This document shows positions 53,952-64,000 of a DNA stretch of 64,000 nucleotides, in pieces (position 1 is the first letter of the stretch; every line of letters begins with the position of its first letter). Source of the DNA: an uncultured Acidobacteriota bacterium (GTDB lineage Bacteria; Acidobacteriota; UBA6911). A program made the position numbers and the translations under genes. Location: NCBI GenBank assembly GCA_963827655.1, contig CAWHCF010000026.1:224001-288000 (forward strand), given 5' to 3'. The notes beneath the pieces were generated by a model. That model was not told where the DNA came from and searched no databases. It was given only the letters and a program-made list of their open reading frames with translations.

Positions 53952-54986
53952 CTACCTCCGCGCTCCGAGTTCCCGGAGCCTCTGATCGAGTCGTGGGTCC
54001 TGCAGAACCTCGCGATTCACGACATCGCGCGGGGTCCGCCCGGATGCAACATCGAGAATCGCGCTGCAAGCGCTCTGGCCGATTCTGCGAAGACACTCGT
54101 CAGTCCAGCAGAGCGCATGCGGGCTCACGATGACCCGGTCCAGCTTCAGGATCGGATCTGCGGGGTCGATCGGCTCGGTCTCAAAGACATCGAGACCTGC
54201 CCCCTGGATCCGGCCGTCGGCGAGCGCGCGTGTCAGCGCCTTCTGGTCAACGATCGGCCCCCGTGCCATGTTGACCAGGTATGCCGTAGGCTTCATCAGG
54301 GCGATCTTCTCCTCATCGATCAAGTGCCGGGTTTTGGGCGTCAGCGCGCAGAGGATGCAGACGAAATCCGCCTCGCGCATCAGCGACTCCAGGTCGACCA
54401 GTTCGACCCCGATGGCGGCGAGAGACTCGGCGCTCACGTACGGATCGTAGACGATCTGACGCATCTCTAGCGGGCGAGCCAGGGCGAGAAGCTCGCGGCC
54501 TATGTTGCCCGCCCCCACCACGCCGAGTGTCCGTCCCGTCAGTCCCATCCCCATGTGATCGAGCTTCTCGGCCCATCGGCCGGCTCGTGTCAGGCGGTCC
54601 TTGATCAGCAGCTTGTGGCTGAGCGCCAGGATCAGCGTCAGAGCGGCTGCCGCCACCGGCCGCCGCACGCCGTCGGGAGCAATCGTGAGGATTGTGACAT
54701 TGCGGGTGCAGGCTTCGACATCAACCGTGTCATAGCCCACACCGAAGCGGGCTATGATTGCCAGGCGGCCCGCCTCCGCCAGTGTGGCCGCGGTCACTCG
54801 CGGAGCCAGCACCAGAAGCGCATCGTAGTCCCGAACCTGATCGCTTCGAAGCTCGCGGCTGTTCTCGGCCAGGAACTCATACTCCACATCGGGATTCTCA
54901 TGGAACAGACTGAGGCCAATGTCACCGAAGCTGAGGGTGCCATCGGGCCTGAGGAAGTCGCGCGTGATACCGATCCGGAATGTCAT
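53952..54986 (-). CDS. D-isomer-specific 2-hydroxyacid dehydrogenase
   Basis: GVGYD, GAGNIG, NMARG, LDVFETEP, SPH. Confidence 0.9.
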   Translation of the reverse strand: MTFRIGITRDFLRPDGTLSFGDIGLSLFHENPDVEYEFLAENSRELRSDQVRDYDALLVLAPRVTAATLAEAGRLAIIARFGVGYDTVDVEACTRNVTILTIAPDGVRRPVAAAALTLILALSHKLLIKDRLTRAGRWAEKLDHMGMGLTGRTLGVVGAGNIGRELLALARPLEMRQIVYDPYVSAESLAAIGVELVDLESLMREADFVCILCALTPKTRHLIDEEKIALMKPTAYLVNMARGPIVDQKALTRALADGRIQGAGLDVFETEPIDPADPILKLDRVIVSPHALCWTDECLRRIGQSACSAILDVASGRTPRDVVNREVLQDPRLDQRLRELGARR

Positions 54987-54987
54987 A

Positions 54988-56700
54988 CTACTTCCGATAC
55001 ACCACCTGGCCGCCGACCATGGTGTAGAGCACCTCGGTGGCGGGAATCTCGTCTTCAGCCACGCTCATGATGTCCTTGGAAAGCACGGTGATATCCGCCA
55101 CCTTGCCCGGACTCAAAGAACCCTTGATGTCTTCTTCGAAGGCGGCGTAGGCGGCATTGAGCGTGTATGATCGGAGCGCTTCTTCCCGGCTCATTCGCTG
55201 GCTGGGAAAGAAGACGGAGCCGTTGTTCAGTTTTCGCGAGACCGAAGCATGAAAGCTGGCAATCGGACTCACGTCTTCGACCGGCGCGTCGGTGCCGTTG
55301 ACGACCACGGCGCCCGATTTCATCAACTTCTGCCAGACATAAGCGCCTTCCTTCGCCCGGTTTTCTCCCAGCCGGGCCAGAACGTAAGGGGCATCCGAGG
55401 TGCAGTGAATGCCCTGCATCGAGGCGATAACATTCAATTGTCCGAACCGGGCAATATCCGCGGCGGCCAGGTGCTGGGCATGTTCGACGCGCCAGCGCAG
55501 GTCCTTCTTTTCGGGGTGCGACTTGAAGGTTCTTTCGAATACATCCAGCGTTTCCCGGTTGGCCCGGTCTCCGATCGCATGGACGCATAGCTGGAATCCG
55601 TTCTCGACCGCAAGCCGCGCAGTTTCGGCGAGCTCTCCAACCGGAGTGGTGTTCAGCCCGGTGCTCGAAGGGAGGTCGGAGTATGGTTCAAGCAGCCACG
55701 CGCCGCGCGGACCCAGCGCTCCGTCAATCGATTTCTTGATGGCGCGCACGGTCAGGCGCTTGCCTGCAGAGTTGATCCACCGATACTTGGGGAGATTCTG
55801 CGCCAGGCTTGCGTTGGTTTCTCGCACCATGACCCAGAGTCTCAAGCCGAGCTTGCCTTCCTCAGCCAGCTCCTTGAGCAGGTCGATCGTGGCAAAGGAA
55901 GAGCCTGCGTCCTGGAAACTCGTGACGCCTTGCGCAAGGCACTCCTGGATTGCCAGCTCTATTTCCTTGCGCGCCTGGGCTTGAATCTGCTCGGGAGAAC
56001 GCCGGCTGCGCGCCTGGGCCAGGGCTTTGCTGACCAGCCCCGCCGCCGTCTCGCGCAAAACTCCCGTGGGCCTGCCCTGCGTGTCCCGGAGAATCTCGCC
56101 CCCTGGCGGATTGGGAGTGTTTTTGTCGATGCCGGCGAGCGCCAGGGCGCGCGCATTGGCGAAGGCGGCGTGGCCGCTGGCGTGAGTGAGTAGAACCGGA
56201 TTGTTGGGAGAGACCTTCGAGATGGACTCTTGGGTCGGAAAGCCTTCCACGTTGGGCGCCGGTTTCTTATCCCATTTCTCCTGGTGCCAGCCTCGCCCGA
56301 GGATCCAGTCGCCCGGTTGTGCTCGCGTCACGGATTCGGCGACCATCGAGACCACCTGATCCCAGTTCTTGACCGTCATCAGATTGAGGCTCATCCTGGC
56401 CGAACCAAGGCCGGTCAGGTGGCCGTGCCCTTCAATGAAGCCCGGAATAGCCAGTTTTCCAGCCAGATCGATGACCTGCGTCGACTTCCCGATGTGCTGC
56501 TGCACTTCCTGATTGCTGCCGACTGCAAGGATAGTGTCCCCTCGAATCGCCAGCGCCTCGGCGGACGGTTTGGTCCGATCCATGGTGACGATCTTGCCAT
56601 TTCGCAAGACCGTGTCGGCCGGCTGCGCGCGAGCATTCGCCCACGCCAGGACCATCAGAAGCGCAAGGAGCATGGATCGATGACGAGCCCGATTGAGCAT
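54988..56700 (-). CDS. Secreted amidohydrolase (YtcJ / Amidohydro_3-like)
   Basis: PGFIEGHGH, DGALG, HAIGDRA, RVEHAQ, GTDAPV; signal peptide from ATG 56700. Confidence 0.9.
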   Translation of the reverse strand: MLNRARHRSMLLALLMVLAWANARAQPADTVLRNGKIVTMDRTKPSAEALAIRGDTILAVGSNQEVQQHIGKSTQVIDLAGKLAIPGFIEGHGHLTGLGSARMSLNLMTVKNWDQVVSMVAESVTRAQPGDWILGRGWHQEKWDKKPAPNVEGFPTQESISKVSPNNPVLLTHASGHAAFANARALALAGIDKNTPNPPGGEILRDTQGRPTGVLRETAAGLVSKALAQARSRRSPEQIQAQARKEIELAIQECLAQGVTSFQDAGSSFATIDLLKELAEEGKLGLRLWVMVRETNASLAQNLPKYRWINSAGKRLTVRAIKKSIDGALGPRGAWLLEPYSDLPSSTGLNTTPVGELAETARLAVENGFQLCVHAIGDRANRETLDVFERTFKSHPEKKDLRWRVEHAQHLAAADIARFGQLNVIASMQGIHCTSDAPYVLARLGENRAKEGAYVWQKLMKSGAVVVNGTDAPVEDVSPIASFHASVSRKLNNGSVFFPSQRMSREEALRSYTLNAAYAAFEEDIKGSLSPGKVADITVLSKDIMSVAEDEIPATEVLYTMVGGQVVYRK

Positions 56701-56762
56701 TTGTGGAATCACGATTGGAGTCTTTGCGCCTTGGCGGTGGCTTCTGGGTTCGCGGCCGCCAC

Positions 56763-58220
56763 TCAGGCCGGCACGGCGCCGAGACCTGGGCCTGTGAGAG
56801 TGCTGGTTTGCAACGTGCCTTCTTTGATGCGAAAGATTCCAGGGAATCTTGCTTCCCAGGGCTGATTCGCGGCGGGCACGTACTGCCGCGCATTGGCCTC
56901 TATCCCCGAAGAGCCCGGCACGTGAGCCGCGAGACCGGCCGAGTGGATCAGCGCCGCGCCCGGACAGGTGAGATCCTGAACGCAGAGAAACATCTTGTGC
57001 TTCTGCGCCGCCGCGCCCATCAGCAGCGCCTGGCTCTGTCCCTTGCACGCCTTGAGCGCCGCGCCCGTGTAGCCCATCTCTCTTGCCAGCATCAGGCTTT
57101 CCAGGTCGGTCAGCGACTCGTCGATTACCACCGGGCGCAGCTGTGAGGCCTGGTGCATCACGTTCGACCGATTCGCCTTCAGGTCTCGCGCAGTGGGCTG
57201 TTCGACATACTGAATGCGATAGAATCCCTTTTCAGTCTGTTCTTTCACCTTCCGGAGGAATTCGAGGACGAAGGCGACATTCGGACAATTCTCGTTGAAG
57301 TCGAGGCAGTAGAACCACTCGTCTACGCCGCGTTTCTTCTGAGTTTCGGCCGTTACGCGATCGATTCGGACGGTGCGGTCGATGTCTCCCGCCAGATCCT
57401 CGCCGTTCAACTTGATCTTGACGCGAATCAGACCGTTGTACTGAATCCAGTCCGGCAGCGTTTCAGGAAGGCCGTCGTTGAGGCGGTGCTTGAGGTCGGC
57501 GTCCGTTATCGCGTCTCCAGCTCCTACCGAATGGAACAGCGGCGTGCGCGGCGCCGGTTGCCGCTTCACGTACTGTTCCAGGTACTCTCCGGCGAAGTCG
57601 CGCCCGAGATAACGGGAGAGATCGTAATTGAAGAAGTCAGGGCCGTAGGTGGAATAGCAATTCAGGCCATGGAGTTTGCCGAACGCATCGTGGATGGCGG
57701 CATCGAACGGACTGGCGGTCACCTGGGTACAGAGTTTGGGAATCGGCGCAGCCAGCTTCAATTGTCTGGAAACTTCTTCGGCGGCCTTGAGGTATTCCGG
57801 TTCCAGCTCGCTGTTTATTTCTACCGGATGCCCCCATATTTTGCCGGCGGCCGTAATTTTCGAGACCCGGTCCGCCAGGACTTTCATCGCCCCGAGCGTC
57901 GTGTCGTACGACATGGTTTTCGAGGGAAAAGCCCAGACGTTGCCGAGCGGCATGGCTGCGAATCCCTTTGCCACGCGGCCATTCCTGGCATGAACTGTGC
58001 AGCGGACATTCAGGATCGTGGCGCGATCGACTGTTCTGCCGCCGAACTGGTAGGGCGCGCGGTATCGGAACTCATCGTACTGGTACGAGACGTCATCGAT
58101 GATGATGTCAGTGGGCTTCGAGGAGCGCATGGCGAAACTGAACGGTCCTGCGCTCCTCAAACAGACGATGGGCGAAACGACGGCGGCCTGTATGAGACGT
58201 CGCCGAGTCCACTTGGTCAT
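56763..58220 (-). CDS. Enolase superfamily (mandelate racemase-like) enzyme with Tat-like signal
   Basis: TRRRLI; KIK, DFNE, EQP, IDES motifs. Confidence 0.85.
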   Translation of the reverse strand: MTKWTRRRLIQAAVVSPIVCLRSAGPFSFAMRSSKPTDIIIDDVSYQYDEFRYRAPYQFGGRTVDRATILNVRCTVHARNGRVAKGFAAMPLGNVWAFPSKTMSYDTTLGAMKVLADRVSKITAAGKIWGHPVEINSELEPEYLKAAEEVSRQLKLAAPIPKLCTQVTASPFDAAIHDAFGKLHGLNCYSTYGPDFFNYDLSRYLGRDFAGEYLEQYVKRQPAPRTPLFHSVGAGDAITDADLKHRLNDGLPETLPDWIQYNGLIRVKIKLNGEDLAGDIDRTVRIDRVTAETQKKRGVDEWFYCLDFNENCPNVAFVLEFLRKVKEQTEKGFYRIQYVEQPTARDLKANRSNVMHQASQLRPVVIDESLTDLESLMLAREMGYTGAALKACKGQSQALLMGAAAQKHKMFLCVQDLTCPGAALIHSAGLAAHVPGSSGIEANARQYVPAANQPWEARFPGIFRIKEGTLQTSTLTGPGLGAVPA

Positions 58221-58268
58221 GGTCGATTCGTCAAGTTTTTGCGTCTTCGCGTCTCAGCGGTAAGAGCG

Positions 58269-59609
58269 CTAAACCTTATCAGGGACGACGTAGGGCGCGC
58301 GATAGCGGCGCGACAGATAACTGTCGGCTTGCTGATCGCCCACGAAACACTCGGTGTTGGGATCGAACACCAGCTGTCGCTTCAATCGATGCGCGATGTT
58401 GGACAGATGGCAGAATACCGTCGAGCGATGCCCTTCCTCGATGTCGGCATTCAGATCCGATAGTTTTCGTGACCGCATGGCGTCCGTGAAGTTCTTGAAG
58501 TGTGGCGAATCCCCGGTCCCCTTGAGGTTCATAGGATCGGCCGCCCCCTCCTTCGATTCCATGCTCGGTCCTGGCTGATTCTTGCGTCCAAGGTAGGTCC
58601 GCCAGGTTGATCCGTTCAGGTGCATCCAGCCCTTGGATCCGTAGAACAGGTTTCCGATCGTGATCCCGTCTTCGGCATTGGTGTAGAGTCCGCGCACCTC
58701 AAACTGGAGAATCTTGCCGTCGGCAAATTCGAGGGTTGCCATTTGAGTATTCGGTGTCTCCTGATCGCAATCGAAGACGAAGTAACCCCCGGCGCAGTGA
58801 ATCTTGGCCGGGTAGTCGTGCTTGTTCATTCCCCATCGAGCGATATCCATCTGGTGCGGCCCCTGATTCCCCAGGTCGGTGCAGCCATAGTCCCAGAACC
58901 AGTGCCAGTTGTAATGGAACCGATTCTCGTTAAAAGGACGATAGGGCGCCGGGCCCAGCCACAGATCGTAATTCACCCCTTCCGGAACAGGGCCGTTTTG
59001 CTTTCTTCCGATGCTCTCTCTCGCTTTGAAGCAGAGCCCCTTGGCCATGTAGATGTCGCCGATCCCGCCTTCATGGAGAAACTTGATGGCTGCCCGAACG
59101 TTGGCATTGCTTCTATTCTGCATGCCCGCCTGCACGATCCGGTTATGCTTGCGCGCCGCTTCCACCATCTTTCTTCCTTCCCAGATGTTGTGCGACGTCG
59201 GCTTCTCCACGTAAACATCCTTGCCTGCCTGGCACCCCCAGATGGTGGCCAGGGCGTGCCAGTGATCCGGAGTGGCGATTGAGATCGCGTCGACTTCTTT
59301 GTCGTCGAGCACCCGGCGAAGATCAGTTTCGGTCTTCGGCTTCTTCGGTGAAAGTTTTTCCATGTTCGAGAGCGCCTTGGGAAACTCGCGCTCGTCGATG
59401 TCGCACAGGTAGCTGACTTCCACGTTGGGGATCTTGGCCCATTCGCTGTAGTGGGACTCCCCGCGTCCGCGGATTCCTATGACGGCAATGTGGATCGTAT
59501 CGTTGGGACTGTTGTTGGCGGACGACCTTCTGACCACGGGACCGGCCGCGAGAGCGGCTGCCACGCTCCCGGTATTCCTCAAGAAGTTTCGGCGATTTAT
59601 CGATTTCAT
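58269..59609 (-). CDS. Tat-signal Gfo/Idh/MocA oxidoreductase
   Basis: NRRNFLR; ATPDHWH, VYVEKP, WLGPAP, NQGPHQMD. Confidence 0.93.
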   Translation of the reverse strand: MKSINRRNFLRNTGSVAAALAAGPVVRRSSANNSPNDTIHIAVIGIRGRGESHYSEWAKIPNVEVSYLCDIDEREFPKALSNMEKLSPKKPKTETDLRRVLDDKEVDAISIATPDHWHALATIWGCQAGKDVYVEKPTSHNIWEGRKMVEAARKHNRIVQAGMQNRSNANVRAAIKFLHEGGIGDIYMAKGLCFKARESIGRKQNGPVPEGVNYDLWLGPAPYRPFNENRFHYNWHWFWDYGCTDLGNQGPHQMDIARWGMNKHDYPAKIHCAGGYFVFDCDQETPNTQMATLEFADGKILQFEVRGLYTNAEDGITIGNLFYGSKGWMHLNGSTWRTYLGRKNQPGPSMESKEGAADPMNLKGTGDSPHFKNFTDAMRSRKLSDLNADIEEGHRSTVFCHLSNIAHRLKRQLVFDPNTECFVGDQQADSYLSRRYRAPYVVPDKV

Positions 59610-59860
59610 CTTCGTTTCCTTCCTCCTCCTCTGCTCTAAGAGGTAAAACGCCTGCCTGGGCGGATATCGCTCTGAAGTCTGACTATTATAGTCCTAGGGC
59701 GCAAAAATGACAGTGCTTTTCCTATTCTCACACCTGCGAGACGCGGATCTCGAACAACCGCGCCGACCACGGGCACGTTCCATACGCCGTACGGGAATGC
59801 GGTTTCCCCACGAGGGCGAAGCAAGCTTCGGCACCAGGCGGATCAAGTTGCCTCGATCGC

Positions 59861-60646
59861 TCAGCGGCCGAGGATGGCCACGATTCTTAACGGCCCGCCG
59901 CTTCCACCCTGGATTTTCATGGGCAGGGCGATAACCTGGAAGCCTTTCTCAGGCAGCTCCTCCAGGCGGGCGACATTCTCAAAGGCCGGAATGCCCGCTT
60001 TAAACAGAATCTGATGGCTTTCGTATAACCGGGACTGACCCCGATCGATGCTCGGGGTATCGAGCCCGATCGCTGCTATCTTGCGATTCTCGACCAGCCA
60101 TTTTGCGCCCGCAGGATCCAGGCCCGGAAAGTGCAGTTCCGCTACAGCCTCGCGGCCGCGCCGGTCGGTTCCCAGGTACTTCTTGCGATCGGGATAGAAC
60201 TTCCCCCATCCGGTTCGGAGTAGCACGATCGTATGGTCCGGGATGCGACCGTTCTTCTTCTCCCAATGGGTCAGGTCCTGAACCGATACAAGATAGTCCC
60301 GATCGTTCGCGGCGCGAGCCTGCACGTCGACTACAATTCCGGGTGCGATCAGCCGTTCCAGCGCAATCTGATCCACTGTCGCCATGCCCTGAGCGAAGTG
60401 AACCGGCGCATCGATGTGGGTTCCTCCGTGTTCCGCGGCGCAGAAGCTGTTGGCCGCGTAGTAGTAGCCTTTTTCGGTCAACCCCGCAGCCTCGACCTTC
60501 AGTCGAAATCCTTCTTCGGTCGGCCAGTAGATCGTCTGCTCCGAGAATGAGTGAGTGAGGTCAATGAGCTTAGGGGATGGTGTTTGAGCCATTCCGAAGC
60601 AGGCAGGCAGGAACAGCCAGGAAAAGGTCAGGAGATGGTTTTTCAT
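59861..60646 (-). CDS. Cyclase family (KynB-like) metal-dependent hydrolase, secreted
   Basis: EHGGTHIDAPVHF, LRTGW, DTPSID, GGSGGPLR; signal peptide from ATG 60646. Confidence 0.9.
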   Translation of the reverse strand: MKNHLLTFSWLFLPACFGMAQTPSPKLIDLTHSFSEQTIYWPTEEGFRLKVEAAGLTEKGYYYAANSFCAAEHGGTHIDAPVHFAQGMATVDQIALERLIAPGIVVDVQARAANDRDYLVSVQDLTHWEKKNGRIPDHTIVLLRTGWGKFYPDRKKYLGTDRRGREAVAELHFPGLDPAGAKWLVENRKIAAIGLDTPSIDRGQSRLYESHQILFKAGIPAFENVARLEELPEKGFQVIALPMKIQGGSGGPLRIVAILGR

Positions 60647-60658
60647 AGGCAATCCCAA

Positions 60659-60891
60659 GGGCTCGCGCAGAAATAACTTCACATTCTGGCGCGAGAGTCG
60701 GTGGTCAATCATGAATCGGTTTCTGTTAGTTAAGCACGGCGAGGATCGCGCCCCTTCGGGCTGCGGCCCGCAGGCCCGCTGGCTTTGTTGCTCGCTCCTC
60801 ACGTACCGCACCGGGTACGCATCGTCGCTCGCGCCTCGCCAGCGGGCCTGGGGGCCTGCAGCAGAATGCGAACTTATTTCTGCGCGAACCC
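60659..60891. mobile_element. MITE copy 2 (233 bp)
   Basis: TIRs GGGCTCGCGCAGAAATAA and TTATTTCTGCGCGAACCC; flanks CAA and TAA; inverted homolog of 32327-32480 with an extra internal hairpin. Confidence 0.85.
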
Positions 60892-60920
60892 TAACAGGCC
60901 GTCGGGCCGAGCGTTCCTGA

Positions 60921-61808
60921 TCATACGGCGAGGGCGCGAATCACGGCCGGCTCGGTTTCTCCGGGTTTGCGCTTCACCGTCCAGTTGCCGCGAACCAGCA
61001 TCGCCACGACAACCAGGTTGACAAGCGCCACGAGGATGCCTGATTCGCCGACCCAGACGGACTTCCCCTGGGTAGAGGCGTCGAACACACCCTGGATGAT
61101 GGCATTCCACGCAGCATGCACAAGGGTAGCCGGCCAGACGCTACCCGACTCGAGCCGGAGGCGGGCCGCCAGGTAGGCGAAAACGGTGATGTTCAAGAGA
61201 AAGATGCAGGCAGACAGAGCCGGGTAGGGTCCCGACGCGTACTGCCCGCTCAGTATGAGCGGCAGATGCCACAGCCCCCAGATCAGGCCGCTCGCCAGAA
61301 CCGGCCGGGGAATCTTTGCGTCGATCAGCCGCGTCAACATGTATCCCCGCCAGCCGATCTCTTCTCCCGCAGCGAACAGCGTCCCGAAGACAGTAGCAAG
61401 GCTGAAAGTGAGGGCGAGTAGCACTCCGAACCGGGTTAAAGGAGGCGCGAGCTGCAGGTTGAATGGTTCCAGGAGTGGCGGTGAGAAGACGGATAGACCG
61501 GCAAGCCAGGCGAATCCGTAGGACGGTCCCCCTACGGCCAGCGGATAAATCCAGGCAACCAGAAGGGCCTTGGCGCCTTTGACTCCGCCAAACCGGAACG
61601 ACACATCTCGAATGCCTTCGCGCAGCAAAATTCGCGCGATGAATGAAGCGAGTGCAGGCACCCACATCAGCGCGAATACGAGTCCGAGATGCTTTTCGAT
61701 CGGGTCCCCGGTCCTCAGAAGCAGCCATTCCAGTAACGCGGATGCTGGAACAAGCACCGAAAAATAGATCGCAAGCCCCTGCCGGGCGCGCTGGACACTC
61801 TGGCTCAT
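60921..61808 (-). CDS. CPBP/Abi family intramembrane metalloprotease
   Basis: GEEIGWRGY, WGLWHLP, HAAWN. Confidence 0.92.
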   Translation of the reverse strand: MSQSVQRARQGLAIYFSVLVPASALLEWLLLRTGDPIEKHLGLVFALMWVPALASFIARILLREGIRDVSFRFGGVKGAKALLVAWIYPLAVGGPSYGFAWLAGLSVFSPPLLEPFNLQLAPPLTRFGVLLALTFSLATVFGTLFAAGEEIGWRGYMLTRLIDAKIPRPVLASGLIWGLWHLPLILSGQYASGPYPALSACIFLLNITVFAYLAARLRLESGSVWPATLVHAAWNAIIQGVFDASTQGKSVWVGESGILVALVNLVVVAMLVRGNWTVKRKPGETEPAVIRALAV

Positions 61809-62266
61809 GAAACTCTCGACCACGAATCTTACGACAAATTTTTATCGGCGTCTTGGTGTCTTAGTGCGGTTTCATGAATACGGCAAAAGTGCCTGTAGGG
61901 GAAGACGTAGGCTAGGCGAAGCGGGAATGGGGGAGAGAAAGAGAGTCGAACGGTTTGAGGATCTGATTGGGTCTGTGGACGCGGATCAGAGGCTGTCGCA
62001 AAACCCCGTCCATGTGCGGACGGGCTATCAAGCCCGTCTTCGGCCCTGGAGGGGCATTCCTGAACTTTTAAGGTAGGCATAGCGATTACGTAACTTGCGA
62101 CGGGCCCAATGGCCCGTCGCCACAGCGTGCTCGGAAAGTGTCACGCGTACTTGGAGACGGCGGACTTACGAGCTAGGCGGAATGAAGTTTCGACGGGCGG
62201 CGCTTCGAGTGCGCCTGATCCGGCCTGTCGCGTGTTGGTCGCGGGGTTATTGCAGCGTGATCGGGT

Positions 62267-64000
62267 TCACTCCTGGCGCAGCGACTGCGCGGGATCGATC
62301 CTGAGCACCCGCCGTGCGGGCACGTAGCAGGCCGCCATTGCGACAAGCGTGAGGCCGAGCGCCACGGCCAGCAGCGTCGAGTGGATCCGATGGCGACACG
62401 CCCACAAGCGCAGCCCGAATCAAGCCGCCCGCCACGTAGACGCCCGGCGCGCCGATCAGCACCCCCAGGCCCACGAGCCGAGCGCCCTCGCCCAGCACGA
62501 GTCGAAGGACGGTACGGTGATCGGCGCCGAGCGCGAGCCGCACGGCAAGCTCGTGACGGCGTCGCGTAACCGATCCCGAGATCACGCCGAACAAGCCCAT
62601 CGCGGCGAGGAGCAGCGCGCCGAGCGCAAAGCCGGCGACGAGCACCGCGCTGACACGCTGCTGGCGAAGCGCGTCGCCGACGATCTCGTCCATGGTCCGC
62701 ACATCGGCGAGCGCGAGTCGCGGGTCGATACGCCGGATTGCCGCTCGCACGTCCGGGACGAGGCTGTGCGGTTCACGCCCGGCGCGGAGCACGAACGACA
62801 GCGTGCGGTAGCCCCAGTCCTCGGCGCGCACGAAGAGCTGCGGACGGCCGTCCTGATGGACGTCGTACAGCCGAGCCTGCCCGACGACGCCGACGATGGT
62901 CAGCGAACGATCGCGGAACGGGATCTTTGCGCCGAGCGGGTTGCCGGTCGGAAAGAACTGCCTCGCGAGGAGGCCGTCGATCAACGCCTCGCGCACGTCG
63001 TCGCGGCGCGCGTGGTCGAAGGCGCGGCCGGCAAGCAGCCGCATGCCCATGACCTCGACATAGGCCGCGCGGGTGCCGATGTAATCGACGAGCGGCGCGT
63101 CCCGATCGGCATCGCCGGTGTTCCCGGGCGCGCCCGGGATTCTGATCGTATTCTGACTGGCGGAGGCCGTGAGCGGCAGCGCAGATGTGGCGCTCACGCC
63201 CGTGACGCCGGGTATCGCCGCAAGCGCGTCCTCGACCCGGGCCTGGAGCGCGAGGGCGTCGGCGATTTCCGGGAAGATCTGGGACGGCATGGGCACGCGC
63301 ATGGTGAGGACGCCCTCCGGCTTGAAGCCCGGGTCCGCACCGAGCAGCCGCTCGAAGCTCCGCACCACCAGGCCGCCGGCGCTGAGCAGCACGAATGTCA
63401 GGGCAACCTGCGCGACCACCATGCCGCGTCGCATGCGGCCGTGACCGCCGCCGCCCCGCACGGCGCTTGCCGCGAGCAGCGACGACAGCGACGCGCGCGC
63501 CGCCCACACCGCGGGCGCGGTCGCGGCAATCAGACCGAGCAGCACACCCACGCCGATGACCATGGCTCCGATGCCCCAGTCGACCACGATCGCTTCGCGG
63601 CGCGGCAGGTCGAGCGGCGCGAGCGCGACGAGCGTGCGCGTGCCCCAGATGGCCGCCAGCGCGCCCGCCACGCCGCCCAGGAGACCCAGCAGCCCGCCCT
63701 CGATGAGGGTCGCGCGTACGATGACGGCGCCGTTGGCCCCGAGCGCGCGCGACACCGCGAACTCGTGCTCACGCTCGGCCGCGCGCGCCAGCAACACCGA
63801 CGCGAGATTCACCATCAACACGAGCACCAGGAACACGCCGGCGAAACCGAGGACGAGGAGGGCGGGGCGGACGCGGGAAACCAGGTCGGGCTTGAGCCCG
63901 ACCGGATACAACTTCAGGCCCCGGCCCTTGAAGTCACGCGCGTCGACGGCTCTGCCGACGGCGGCCACGGCGGCCGCCACGGCCTGCGGCGACGTGCCGC
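62267..64000 (-). CDS. ADOP-type ABC permease, 5' end outside the window (frameshift near 62378)
   Basis: VNLASVLLAR, EFAVSRALGA, VVAQVAL, DPGF, ELAVRLALGA; shifted frame ends ACYVPARRVLRIDP...LRQE-stop. Confidence 0.9.

Noticed and set aside
51114-58463. Long antisense ORFs (e.g. 51114..52562, 57153..58463)
   Set aside because: Shadow frames of well-supported genes in GC-rich DNA, with no recognisable motifs.
60647-60811. N-terminal extension of the cyclase ORF
   Set aside because: It is read-through of MITE sequence; the signal peptide begins at ATG 60646.
5041-62400. Many frameshifts as programmed frameshifting or phase variation
   Set aside because: They hit unrelated genes including glk, are mostly single extra bases in short runs, and share no slippery motif; sequencing error is the simpler explanation.

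Overview
GC-rich bacterial DNA, most likely Acidobacteriota (inferred from ADOP-type ABC permeases with PadR, a choice-of-anchor V protein, many Tat-signal enzymes and futalosine-pathway mqnD). About 55 genes are present; I found no rRNA, tRNA or CRISPR. Many genes carry single-base indels, mostly +1, and 46.5-49.7 kb is heavily corrupted, which points to long-read consensus error; I rejoined split genes by eye. Main results: (1) three in-frame UGA codons at catalytic Cys positions, i.e. probable selenoproteins missed by the ORF track. Two are adjacent (a Cys-free AhpE-type peroxiredoxin and a PrdB-like UxxC protein with no prdA nearby); the third is a BCP. All three have a hairpin whose loop starts with G exactly 18 nt after the UGA. 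(2) A Co-type nitrile hydratase whose alpha subunit has a twin-arginine motif, next to a Tat-signal alpha/beta hydrolase. (3) A lipase / M17-N-like / CHAT fusion protein and a truncated STAND-WD40 gene. (4) A two-copy MITE, one copy interrupting a gene. (5) Several dispersed repeat families and regulatory motifs. All family assignments come from motif recognition, not database searches.
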